A DNA stretch of 64,000 nucleotides from Oikopleura dioica (Eukaryota > Animalia > Chordata). Below, one piece after another: positions 1 to 11,598 of this stretch. The notes under the pieces are model-generated. The model was given only the letters and a program-made list of their open reading frames with translations. It did no database searches and was not told where the DNA came from. The stretch lies in contig OU015566.1 of the NCBI GenBank assembly GCA_907165135.1, positions 14,074,001-14,138,000 of the forward strand. Direction: 5' to 3'. A program made the position numbers and the translations under genes. How positions within the stretch are numbered: the first letter of the stretch is position 1; each line of letters opens with the position of its first letter.

Positions 1-3000
1 TCTAAATCCTGCACGGGCGATGCTGATTTTTCCCCTGAAGATTATATTAGTGACAATCGTCAAATTTTGGTATTGCCACAAGCATCAATATTTAAATTGA
101 ATATGCAAAAGAGAATGATAGATTTAGATAAGCCGATGAACGCGGCAGGATTAGCTGTTTTCGTTCTGACAGACGAGCTTCAGCATTTGAATATGCGATG
201 CTCTGTCAAATTCGCTGATGTTGATTGTTTCTCACCTCGGCTAGCATCGGAGGCAGCAGCTGCTTCTCCTTCCTCCTCATCATCATCTGGCAAAGGAACA
301 TCCAGGGGATTAACTGACATCGGGCTGGCCGGTTTCTCTTGATTTTCAAGAGCAGCCGCATCTGACTCCTTTGTCGGTTCAACAGCCACGGGAGCGCTTT
401 CCACTACTTCAGCTTGAGCCACAGGCTTTGCTTCTTCCGGAGCTGGCGGGGGAGACGGGGATTTCTTGACAACGGGAGGAGGCGAAGGAGACTCTGTCTT
501 TTTTCCGTCGCTTGAGTTCTTGGCACTTGGTTTTGCGGATTTTGAAGGCTTAGGAGATGGCTTGACTGCCGCTGTAGCTGATTTTGGCTTCGGTCTAGGG
601 AGAACATTCTAAGATGGATAAAAATGATTGCATCTATCTTACGTGGTGGTCGTTTTTTGCTGACGAGGACTTGGTCTAGCCGTAGATTCATCTTTCTTCG
701 CAGAACTAGACGCGCCAACTCCGGATGTTCTTGGATGTCTGGGCGTAACTGAAGCTGACCTTGGCTTCACTTCTCTGGCGGGTTTCTTGGCATCTGGCGT
801 TTTGGAAGATGTTTTCGACAATGAAGGGGTCTCGGATCCGTCTGGTTTTGGGCGAAGAGAGGAAGAGGAGATCACATTGGAGGAGTCTCTGGATGTGTTG
901 CGACTGCGAGGTTGAGGGGTTGTGCGACCAGAGGGCTGAAGACACAGAAGATAATTTCTTGGACAAAACAAAAATAAGAAGTAATCAAAATGTTTGTAAA
1001 TACACACCTTGGGCTTGGGATCGAGCGAATGCCGCTCGGATGAAACAGTACGAACACGAGGCTGGGCAAGTCTGTTCAAATGTTCATGGGAGATCGTCCT
1101 GCGACGGAGTTTCGCTTCCTTTAGTGAGGAGTCGCCATTCAGGCTCGGAGGCGAGGAAGTCTACAGAAAGAGTAGTTATATAAAAAACAACATGAGGATA
1201 GGAAAAAGTCTGTAAAATGAACCAACGGGCTAATTCATGTCTAGACTTCAGGACATTCTCTAGCGAAGGAAAACTTCAAGAGCAAGAAAAATGAGTTGTC
1301 GATAGTTATTTCGCTTTTGTACCTGTCCATCTGGCTTTCCGAAGCGTTTGGCTCTGGAGGACGCGGTAGGAGTGAGCAGTCTGTCGGGAACGGAGAAGGA
1401 TGAGTTCTGCGACTTGCAATCTCGCGGTGTTCCAAGCGTTGATCCATTCAGGGAGTCATTGTCGTCCTGATCGAAACCGCCTCGGAGACTTCCAATCCAA
1501 GACTGAAAAAAAAGACTTGAGGCATGATCTTCCTTGATTTTGTGCGATGGAGATTTCCAAAGATGTTGAATTTATTCAACTGGTCTTTTTTCCATCAAGC
1601 CTCGGAATAAATGGGGGAGATTTGATCGTGTAGAAAGGGTGAAAGTGAAAGTGGAACGGTAGTATTGATTTGAGGCGATAAAAGTAAGTGAAAATGATAA
1701 GTGCAAAATGCGCGCATGCAAGTTTTTTTCTGGCATTTTGAAAGTACCTTTTCTGCGGGGATTATTTCCGCCTAAAGACGTCAAATTTGAAATCAAAATC
1801 AGAAAGAACAAAGGAAACTCGAGTAATACAGTACCTGCATGGATCGAGGCATAGCAGTGGGCCTCGCTCTTGAGCCATCATCCCCACCGCCTGAAAACGA
1901 CGTTACTTTACGATTCTCTCTACAAATTTAAGGCACACCAGTAAATATTCAAATTTTCATGCAACACGATTTCGGAAACATGATTTTGAAAATGGGAGAA
2001 TTGGGAACTCGGCCAAAATCAGCAAAAACGTAGGTTCTGCGAATTCACCCGAGGTCACAATTCCCGACTTTGAAAAAGGGAAATTCTGGTTAGCAAATTC
2101 TTGATGACAAGGCGCTGAATAATTATACGATTTTGCATATCAGACAGCAGCGGAATATTAGCGCGATTTTAGCCCCCGTTTATGTAAGCACCCGTTTTTT
2201 TAATAAGCACCGAATGAGGGGTAATATCTTACTGTCGAGCATGTCGGTGCCGAAGACATCTAGTAAAAACAAATGAGTTAATACAAGCACAACATCCAAT
2301 GAGTTCTTTAGTCAAAGAGGGGAAACAACGAAAAAATGGTACAAACGAGAATTTACAATTTTCATCTGGTTCAGTACCCTCTGCGATGGTCTCCGAGGGG
2401 AAGTTATACCACCATGTTCCTGAGAGACAGAAGTTGATTGAGTTAGATTTCGTTCTAGTTTAGACAATTTTCTATACTAGATATTTTCATTTATAATGAT
2501 ATCTACTATCTAAAATAAAGACGCTTTTATTCAGTCAAAAAAGACCGAAGAAGCGTCCTTCTAGAAATTCTTTCGAAAGAAAGTTTTTGTTTTCAAGGTT
2601 CTCTTCCTTGATTTCATATGAAAAATTACCGTGAACGGCGCCGTTCCAGCTCCATCGTTTCTTTTTCTGCGCTTCTCTGCTTCTCGCTTCGCCTTTTTCC
2701 AAGTCCGAAAGTGCCTTTTCTTTCTTTTGACGAAGAATGACTTCTCTTCTTTCTTTTGCTTCATCGTGTCTGGATGATAACGAATCTAAAAACAAAGCTT
2801 GCGAAGGAGAGGCCTATTTTGTTACCTCTTCGTTGTTTTCGTTCAGTCTCAGTTTGCGCTTGAATTTGTGACTTTCTTCTAGCTGCAGTTTCTGCTCTGT
2901 TGACTGTTTCTGAATATCAACGATTTATAATGACTTTCTACAGAGGTTAGCTCGCGTGTCGGATTTTACCCGAAAATGAAATCCGTCTTGACAGGCAAGG

Positions 3001-3495
3001 TCGTGTTTTTCATGCAATTTTAAAAATGAAATGAGAAAAAAGCGACTTTGTTTTTGCTCTTTGAAATTCAGTTGTGGCTTTTTTGGTTTGCTGAAGTAAC
3101 TTTTGTTCGTGAAGGAAAGTGATGGTGGGTGATGAATGTTTAATTGTGTTCTACTTTGGAACACGTGATTCTACTTGTTTTTTGGATGCGAATTTATGTT
3201 ACTATTACTTGTTGGAAAGAAAGGTTTAATTAGATGGTTAGTTGGGGAAGCGGCTTTTAAGTTAAAAGCGCTGTTACCATCAGAATCGTTCCACATGAAA
3301 CATCCGCGGACGCCGAGATCTTGGTCAAAGGTTCAATCAAAATTAGAAAATCTTTACAGAATCACCGAGCATGAATCTGGCTCTAGAATATTCATTACCT
3401 TGGCGGGCGGCTTCACGCTCCTTTTGAAGCCGTTCCCGTCTCTCCCGAGCCGCTGCGATTTTGTCTTCAAGAGTCACTGGCTTCTCGATTTCCAT
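1..3495 (-). CDS. MAP7: MAP7/ensconsin-family microtubule-associated protein (multi-exon; 3' end runs off window start)
   Basis: Spliced translation: MEIEKPVTLEDKIAAARERRERLQKERE (ATG 3495), SRHDEAKERREVILRQ...KKRWSWNGAVHG (cf. MAP7 NRWSWGGSLHG), DRLLTPTASSRAK (cf. NRLLTPTHSFLARS), then S/P/K-rich and acidic low-complexity exons. Confidence 0.8.
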
Positions 3496-3770
3496 TCTAC
3501 TTTTTTCTTTAAAAAGGGTTGAAATGAAACAATATCGTCTTAACTTTGAAGCTTTTAATTCATCACAGTATATTTAATTTTAATACAGATTGACAATACA
3601 GTAATAAACAAACAGTAGCAAGTTGGACGGTCGAACTTTCTTTTACAATTTTTTACAGAAAGAGCGAAAGTTTTTGTATTGAAGAAATATTGTATTTTGC
3701 GTGAGTTGATAGGAATCCGCCATTTTTGGCGATTGTCGATTTACAATTCGGATGCTCTCAGCTCTGAAGT

Positions 3771-6700
3771 TCATTTAAGATTCTTTCTCGATCTTGTGAT
3801 TTGTTGGAAAATGGCTTTAGCTGGATAAAGATTAAGATTAAGCCCTTTCCAGATTTCCTGCAGCTTCTTCCTCTTACCTTCTATGTCCTCTTCGATATCC
3901 GAGATATGAATTTCGACCTGGAAATCGTCTTCCTGAAGCGTTTCCACTTCCTCCTCCATTTCTATCTCCATATTTTCGACTTCCCCATCTTCATCACCGC
4001 CACGTGTTGTCCTTGTCTCCGCCTCAACTTCAATTCTTTCGCGCTCATCCTCCGAGTGTTCCTCGGAATCTGAAACGGATATTAAAAAGAAAGCCAACAC
4101 TCAAAGGCCAGATTGTCACATTTGAGAGCTAGACAGATCCGAATCCCTGAGTGTCTGGGCTCAGAAAAAAGAGGGTCTGGGAAATTTGAGGAAAGTTATT
4201 TTTTGCTTATCGATCAAATACTGACCTTGAGCATTATTTGGCGCGGCGTTGGCAGGATTGATGAGTGGCTCGGCGATGAGGGGGGTGAATCTCCGTCTGA
4301 TTTGAAAGGTGTTCTTTTACGATTCATAAATGCATATAAAGCGAAATTTCTAACTCTCAATCTTTTCAGCCAATAAGAAGCCTCTATAACTCGGCTAGGC
4401 CAATCAGAAGCGAGCAAAACTCACCAAACAGGTTCGAGCATTTCTGATTGGCTAAGCGTATGGAAACAGGCCTCTGGTTGGCTGAAAAAGCCCAAAAGTC
4501 TTCGAAATAATTTTGAACCGTTCCAAAACAAAGGGCAATTCAAAGTGATGAAAGAAGAAGATCATCATATGCATGGTCAACATGCAAGAAGTAAACAAAG
4601 CGATAAACGCGTTTCTTCGACTGAATAGAATTAATTCTAGCGCGTCTTCTAAGCGAGGGATCCTACCTGGTGTAGATGTGGTTATACATGTAGAAGCCTA
4701 AATGGTACAAGTAGAAGAAGCGGATCCAGTACTTTTTGGTTATGGGCGTGTGGCAGCAGTAGGAGTGGAATTGGTCAGCGATCCAAACGGACAAAATCAC
4801 GTAGAAAGCGATTCTAGCGCTCGTTTCGACAGTGTTCTCCTCAGAACTGATGGAGAAGCTCTCGAAACGCGTTCCTGGAATCTCCAAAGTACTCGGACAT
4901 GATGTCTTCGAGCCCAATAAGCGCTAGAACGGAGCTGGCCACGGCGCCGTAGGGAAAGTGATTGTGAATTGTCAAATTTATGGATGCAAATAAAACCCTC
5001 CTGAATCAAAAAAGGGATGATTTTCAATTGAGTATCCACGCCTGAAGATCGAGGGGACCTTCCGTTAGCACCCGGAACACAAACATGAACACCTGTTTAT
5101 AAGCGAACCTACAGAGTAGATGATGAGAAAACCAACCATGAATCAAAATCACCAAATTAATTCGAATTACCTAAGAAGCATGGCAATCAGCGCCGTAAAG
5201 ACCATACAGGCGATTACAGGCACATAAAGCATTCGTTTCTTGTGACCGCCGTTGAAGACAGTAAACTGGTCCTTAGTTACAGTGTTTCTGATAAAACCGG
5301 TGTTTCCGGAAATCTGCACGATGGAGTCCAAAACGATCCAGTCGTAGCCAAACCACTCGGCCAGCAAAACGCGGCCGAACTTGTCCCAAACAAGTGATTT
5401 GAAGCAGTCGTCTTTGGATGGATCGAGCATCACTTTGATCACTTCTACGTTTCGGGTTTTTCGCGCCTGCTCGGATAAACGGAGGTAGCCATACTCGTGC
5501 GAGAACTCAAAGCGGACTAGGTTGAGGTAGTCGAAGCCAAAGTCGAAGATGTTTCTCATGCTAGAAAGATTATTACAAACGAGTTTGAATCTGCAGCCAT
5601 TTGGAGTCATTTTAGGACGAAATAGGCCTTTCCAAAAATTTCGGAAAAGAAATCGCACCTGAAATAATTGGCCTGATAGTGAAAGGGCCGAGAAGGGTTG
5701 GGAGTGTCGGTGATTACATCCGTCGAAATAGTGATAAGTCGTCTGGATATGTTCTGATAGGGCTGATGCTCCAGTTCGCGGTAGAGAGGACATTGGTTCT
5801 CGATTCTGAAAGGCGGAAATGATGCCCTGCTTAGCGACAGAAAACAAACAAGATGGTTACTGTAACATTCGATTATGCTGCTCTAGAGACAGGCGCGTAC
5901 CTGTATAAATAATCAGAAATAAGCGCTGATCTTCGTCTTCCAATCTCTACCCGCAAAATCGACTCGACGGGGATCTTGCCCTTCAAAGGCAGCAGACAAG
6001 TACTGGTGTTGGGGTATCCGACGTGTGAATAAATAAGAGCCAATGCTGCGCCCAGCGCCTAAAACAGCGAAAATGAACAATAGCTTTTGAAAAATCAACC
6101 CTGCTGCGCGATGAGGTGTCATAAAATTTTACAAGCGCGAAAAAAGAAATGGAAAATTTTTCAATCAAAAAATGAAGAGAGAAATTCTTAAAGAGGCCGC
6201 CTCTTCAAATGACTTTCTCATCGAGTGTTGCCATTTGAATCTTGAGTGCGCATTTTATTTCCAGTAATTAATTCGAAATACGAGCGTCTTTCATTAATAA
6301 AAATTCCCCCCTCCAGCAGCAGAAACTTTCTCTATATTAATTTTTCACCTTTATCAAAACAACAAATTCCAAAAAGCGGCGAAGTCCTTTTTTGCACCAG
6401 CGGGCGTAGCGTTGACAAAATGACTAAAGTGAAGGGTGCGTAACGTATAATTCTCTGTATAATTAATTCCATTCTTTCGAATTGACAATCGCCTACAGGT
6501 AGAGCAAGCTAAAGATATGATAATTGCTCGTTATCGTTTTACAATCTACATCTACCACTAGCTATTTTACAACTTTTCTGAAGCTTTTCTTAGAAATATT
6601 TTTAATTTTTCAAAGAAAAAACCACAATTGGCATCAATTTTTTAAGAAAAGGTTATTTTTCTACCCGAGTTTTGTTGATATATATAAAATAGATTCTGCA

Positions 6701-6965
6701 ATAATTTAACGGAAAATAGTTCTCCAAAAGTTCTACTTAAGTATATACTTAAATTATTTATATTCTTCAAAAATTGAACCCTTTCCAGAAAAATATTCGC
6801 AATGTGAACTTGAAGAATCACATCACCAGTGGCCCCCCTGGTCGGCGTCCCCCTCCGTCGTGGAGGTGGCCGGGGGTTGGGCCCTCGGTTCTCTGCCTCT
6901 GTTTGGTTTGGGGTTGGACCGAGACGCTCATGATCATCTGGTCCTCCGAGATCGTCGTCCGTCAT
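3771..6965 (-). CDS. TMEM259: Membralin (ER membrane protein), multi-exon; acidic last exon tentative
   Basis: EFSHEYGYLRLSEQAR...LDPSKDDCF...GFIRNTVT; IAFYVILSVWIADQFHSYCCHTPITKKYWIRFFYLYHLGFY; MIFFFHHFELP all match recalled membralin blocks; ATG 6965 inferred. Confidence 0.88.
4367..4484. repeat. Intronic inverted repeat made of CCAAT-bearing 30-bp units
   Basis: CCAAT at 4370 and 4400, ATTGG/GTTGG at 4447 and 4477; arms are imperfect reverse complements (AGCCAATCAGAA core). Confidence 0.65.
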
Positions 6966-7126
6966 CGTGACTTCAAGCCACTTTTGAGAGCCATTCTGAA
7001 ATGTGAACGAGTTCCAGAGCGATTCTAGAGTTTTGTTTTCTTTTAAAATATGTTACGAGTTTATTTTCTTCTTTTCCATGTTTCTGATACAGTAAGATGC
7101 TACAGGGACACCCCAGGGACTTTTTG

Positions 7127-7242
7127 GCGCTCGAGAGTTGCTTTTTCAAAATACGTAGGCGGTAAAAAGCATTCTTTTGAAGACAAACAATCAAAAAGAA
7201 AGCTGTACCGCCTACGCATTTTTTAAGCTTTTCTCGAGGCGC
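7127..7242. repeat. Short inverted repeat (about 38-bp arms) upstream of TMEM259
   Basis: AAAATACGTAGGCGGTA (to 7164) versus TACCGCCTACGCATTTT (from 7206), extended by GCGCTCGAG/CTCGAGGCGC. Confidence 0.65.
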
Positions 7243-7501
7243 GTGAGAGTGATTCTAGAGCAGAAACAAAGCGTAAATAAATGAAACAAGCACAGGTACA
7301 AAAAATTAACTGATCATCATTGTATTTTTTGTCAACAATTTAAGTTGTTGGTGATTTTTGACCAAATGCTAATTGGGTGCTGATTGGTCGAAAAAAGCCA
7401 CTAGATGTTAGGGTCAGACATCGCGCCGACCTTGGATTCTAGTGTTAAATTGGTTTCAATGATTTGGTTTCAGGTTTTTGGGAGATTATAACTTTTTATT
7501 A

Positions 7502-7702
7502 GGGTCGGCATTTCGATGATTTTCATTGGCTTTTGGGCCGAAATAAGCTTTCTGATTGGCTTATGGGTTTAATCAAGCCCTTTCATTGGAAATATGGTTA
7601 AAATTGGGGCTGTGATTCGCTCATGGCCAAAATAATGCTTCCGGTTGGCTTATAAGCCTAATAAAGTCCTGTGATTGGGCCGATAGAAAAAATGCCCGAC
7701 CC
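7502..7702. mobile_element. MITE-like element with six 30-bp-phased ATTGG(CCAAT) units
   Basis: Ends GGGTCGGCATTT / AAATGCCCGACCC; ATTGG-like motifs at 7525, 7555, 7585, 7615, 7644, 7674. Confidence 0.55.
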
Positions 7703-7759
7703 GCGCCTTCAGAAAGCTTCTTCCTTCGATTTGCTTTCGGGTATTTGTGATTAGTGAAT

Positions 7760-10700
7760 TCAGGTAGCTTCTACAAGATGTCTTGAGTATTCAGCCATCA
7801 TCGGTGTCTTCCGGACTTGTATCCTGGTTCAATAACCGTCTTTCCGTCACAAAATACGCTGGAAATTTGGTTTTACTTTAGATTAACCAGTGCCTTGTTC
7901 CCAAGCTCGTGATGCGTTGCTCAACCAGGTTTTTTCGTGATTGTGGGGCTGGTTGCTACGCGGAAAAGACTTTGTTCGAAATACGGAATGAAGCAAATTC
8001 AGATTCTTGATTGTAGATCAAGTGGCGGAAGTAGCAGTCAAAGCTTCAAGTCAAACTTGGAAATGATGATTGAGACCAGTCATGTCAAGCGCGTAAATGA
8101 TCATCAAGACATGTTCAAGGATCAAGAGCAGACGACTTGGAGTCATGAAATTCCGTATTTTGCACCTGGCAAGACCAGATTGCGAAGCGTCCGGATAGTC
8201 AGCTCGAAGGAGGGATACGCCGGATTCCGGCATCGATCGTTTGCTAAGAGGCTAGCTAATCTCTCGGCGAGGATGAATTGTACCTGAGGGAACCATGAAG
8301 ATGTTGAAGGGATGCTCATCCTTTGGAAGTTCAAGCATCAGGTTCTTTCGCCAGGAGCCGAAGTGGCCACGAACTTTGAGCTAATTTATATAAAGAAAAT
8401 GAATAATAACAGAATATACTCTTATATAAAATCGACGCGTCCTTAATTAACAATCGAAAACACTACCTTGCTGTACTTCATCAAGGCGGCAATAATCTGT
8501 TCACAAGCAATGAAGTTGGCGGGCTGGTACAAGTCTCTGTTACTCCTGTTAATGACAAACACGACCTCGGGCATGAAATCGACATTATCAGTTCCATCGG
8601 GCGGCGTCGTAGTCGGCTGAACAAAAAATTCAACAGGACATTCTAGTCACATGTAAAATTGTGCCTTGAGCATTTCCGCGGTGGTCAGCAGCCGCACCAG
8701 GTTGAAATCCGGCGCTTGATCGTGCAAAACTGTTTCGGAGTGCTCAAAGCTCTTGGGAAGAATATCTAAAGTTTGGATCATTATTCTAGCGCTCCTTTTC
8801 CTAAAATCACGTGACAAACGCTCATGAGCCAAGCAACGAGCTGAAGCGACTGGATTTGGTGGAGCGAGAGGCCGGAAGCGAGATCAGGAGCACCACCACC
8901 TGTAACAGATTCTCAAGTTGCCAAAATAGCAATTTTCTAGCGTTTTTACATTTGACGAATTTCAAATCAATCCTGTTCCGTGCCGCCGATCGCGATCATT
9001 AACGCATAATTCGTCGAGTAAAGAAGTCGAAAGAACTGGCTGAGTGTCTTTTCGAAGTTTAGAAAAGCTTTCAGTTGAGGATTCAAGAAAACGGCCCAGT
9101 TTTGGGCTCAAAAATTCAATAAAGTTAACAATGACGTGCTTTTTTTAAGGTTAACGAAGTTTTCCAGCCCACTTCCGTCATAAAAACCCCGGAACACCAT
9201 ACTTTTTCAGAATCAGCAGAAAATTTCAAGAACTTTGACCATTTAAAATTCTAGAAATCTTCACTTCCGGTCGATTCTAGAGCCGGAAGTTATCGAAATT
9301 TGGGAGTATGGGCAACTTGTGGCCTATCAAATTGATTCTCAGACGATTCCCTATCATCTCAGAGAAGAATCAATCCCGGCCACGGTCAAATCAACCGCAA
9401 AAACTGAAAAAATTTCATAAATTTATGCATTTTTTCGTAGTTTTGGCGGATGGTTTGACCGCGTATGGATTTGTTTCTTCGAATGAATCGATAATGAGAT
9501 GACTCAGAATCTTCTGAGCATCAATTTGATGGGTCACACTTTATACATACTCGAAAATTTCGTCAACTTCCGGCTCTAGAATTGACCGGAAGTGAAGATT
9601 TCTTGAATTTTAAATGGTCAAAGTTCTTGAAATTTTCTGCTGATTCTGAAAAGGTATGGTGTTCTGGGGTTTATATGGCGGAAGTGGGCTGGAAAACTTC
9701 GTTAACCTTAAAAAAAGCACGTCAATGTATTCTATAGGTTTTTGGCACAGCCAAACTATGCCATTTACCAGCACGATCACTATCGTCTCTAGTTGAACTG
9801 AAATCGAATAAATCATATAATTCGAAAAATAAGTGATTTTCTGGTTTTCAAAATAGACGAACGTTTCTTGATTTACGAAAGTGGACAAAGTCTTGTGGGC
9901 TCGGCTAACTCTGTAGGAAGCCTTAATCAGCGCCGTTTATTCTATAAATTATGTGCGGCTTTTTGGCAGACTTCTGAAAGTGTGCTTTTCAAACTCGTTG
10001 CCTAGCAAGATCATCCGCTCGCTGGTAATGAACATCTCCACTCCAGCAGTCATGTGGCAGCCCTTTTCCTTTGTCTCGAATCCTTGAGGCCGAAAGTGGA
10101 AACGCTTGTCGCGACAGTTGCTCCCGCCAAGCAAAGACATCAGCGAGCTTTTGCCCACTCCTTGGTGGCCGATCACGCCGACGACCAGGAAATCCGTGTT
10201 TTCTTGCTTTCACAGTTTTCTACGTGAATTACGATAGCGAAGCGAGAAGCTGATTTTCGAAGCTGCAAGCTTTCTTTCCTCATGGAAAATTTTAAGCGAA
10301 GATGATCCCCAGGTGCTGATTAAATTATGCCCCGGAATGAAGAAATTCCACGACGAAAGCTGCGCGTTTCCCTCCTCCTTATCTTACGATGCTCTCTATT
10401 TCAACAAAAAAGCAAGGTCTTGGAGACTTTAGGAGCTATGTGACACGCCTATGTCCGACGGTTCAGGGGGGTTTCGTCGGTTGAGTAACCATAGAATCAC
10501 AATTGCGCAAATTGCTGGTCTTGAAAACTGTTTCCTGAAGGAAACCAAGCGCTGGAGATGGCTCTCGCCAGTGAAGATTTGGATCGATTATTCGAGCAGA
10601 TCGCTTCATTTCCGCATTTTTCAAGTCTCCTTTTCTTCGGGTTGCTTCATTACTACAATCAACACTATCAATTGCAATAATAAGTGATTGTTCTTCAACC

Positions 10701-10943
10701 CTTTCCTTCCGCCTCATCAACCTCCTTCCCTCTTCCAGAAGAAGGCCGTTCCGAGTACTCGCTGTTGGAATTGTTGTATTCTCGCTGATAAAGGATCTTC
10801 TCCGACTCCGAGTTGTTACTTCTGTTGTATCTTTGGTTCCGCCCATTTCGATTTCCCCGCGTTTTCGTATTTGAATGCGAGCTTTCAGAGTCGCCATTAG
10901 CGTCGACCCCGCGGTTCCGCTGGATTCGGACGCGGCCGTCCAT
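7760..10943 (-). CDS. SMG9: SMG9 nonsense-mediated decay factor (P-loop protein)
   Basis: TDFLVVGVIGHQGVGKSSLMSLL, LDTQPVLS, QSLQLVAWLMSVCHVIL, LLTTAEMLK, HEKTWLSNASRAWEQ, VRKTPMMAEYSRHL* match recalled SMG9 blocks in order. Confidence 0.92.
9133..9723. mobile_element. Foldback/MITE with about 170-bp terminal inverted repeats inside an SMG9 intron
   Basis: 9133-9301 is the near-perfect reverse complement of 9553-9723 (GACGTGCTTTTTTTAAGGTTAACG...); AAT directly flanks both ends (9130-9132, 9724-9726), a candidate 3-bp TSD. Confidence 0.85.
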
Positions 10944-11598
10944 TTTTGAAATTTGAAATCGACTGACTGAAAAGTTTTTCGTTGAAAATCGCTGTTTTTT
11001 GTTGATTTTTATTGTTTTTTTCTTGAGTAAAAGATGAATTACACTAATGGAAAAGATATGTTGAAAACATAGAAGAAAATGAATATTATAATAGTTTTTA
11101 TCAATATTGCAAAATATTAAAAAGAGGGTTGAAGAGTCAGACATCCAACACTAGGTTATAGAAAAGAGCAAGAATGGTCTTCAAATTTTCAAAACATGTT
11201 AAAATGATATATTTTTTCGATTTTCGATTTCATGCAAAAGTTGAAGCAAATGTTGTTTGTACGAGTCTGTTTCTAATTTCGGGCATTTTCTATTGCTGAA
11301 TTTACGTTTTTATCTGTCAAGGGAATTCGATCAGTCGCTAAGAAGCTTTATTTGAAGACGATAGAGAGTACAAAAATTGCAACGACCGGGCGAGATTTTG
11401 GGAGTTTTACAAGTTTGGGTGATTTGTTGGACGATCCACGATTTTTGAGAAGAATTCTAAGTTATATTATGAAATGATGGTACTTGATATTTTTCGGATG
11501 TGTCGTTTTTAAATAGATAGAAAATGAGTTTATAGGTAAGTTTCTTTTTTTCATGTTGTGTGAGTTTTCGTAGCGGGATTTGAAGATTTATTCTGTCT

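Noticed and set aside
7816-7893. Possible GC-AG last intron of SMG9
   Set aside because: A same-phase GT donor 6 nt further on adds only two residues; cannot be distinguished without reads.
10207-10534. Possible GA-AG first intron of SMG9
   Set aside because: An in-phase GT donor lies 6 nt downstream (ACA|GTTTTC), so a non-canonical site is not required.
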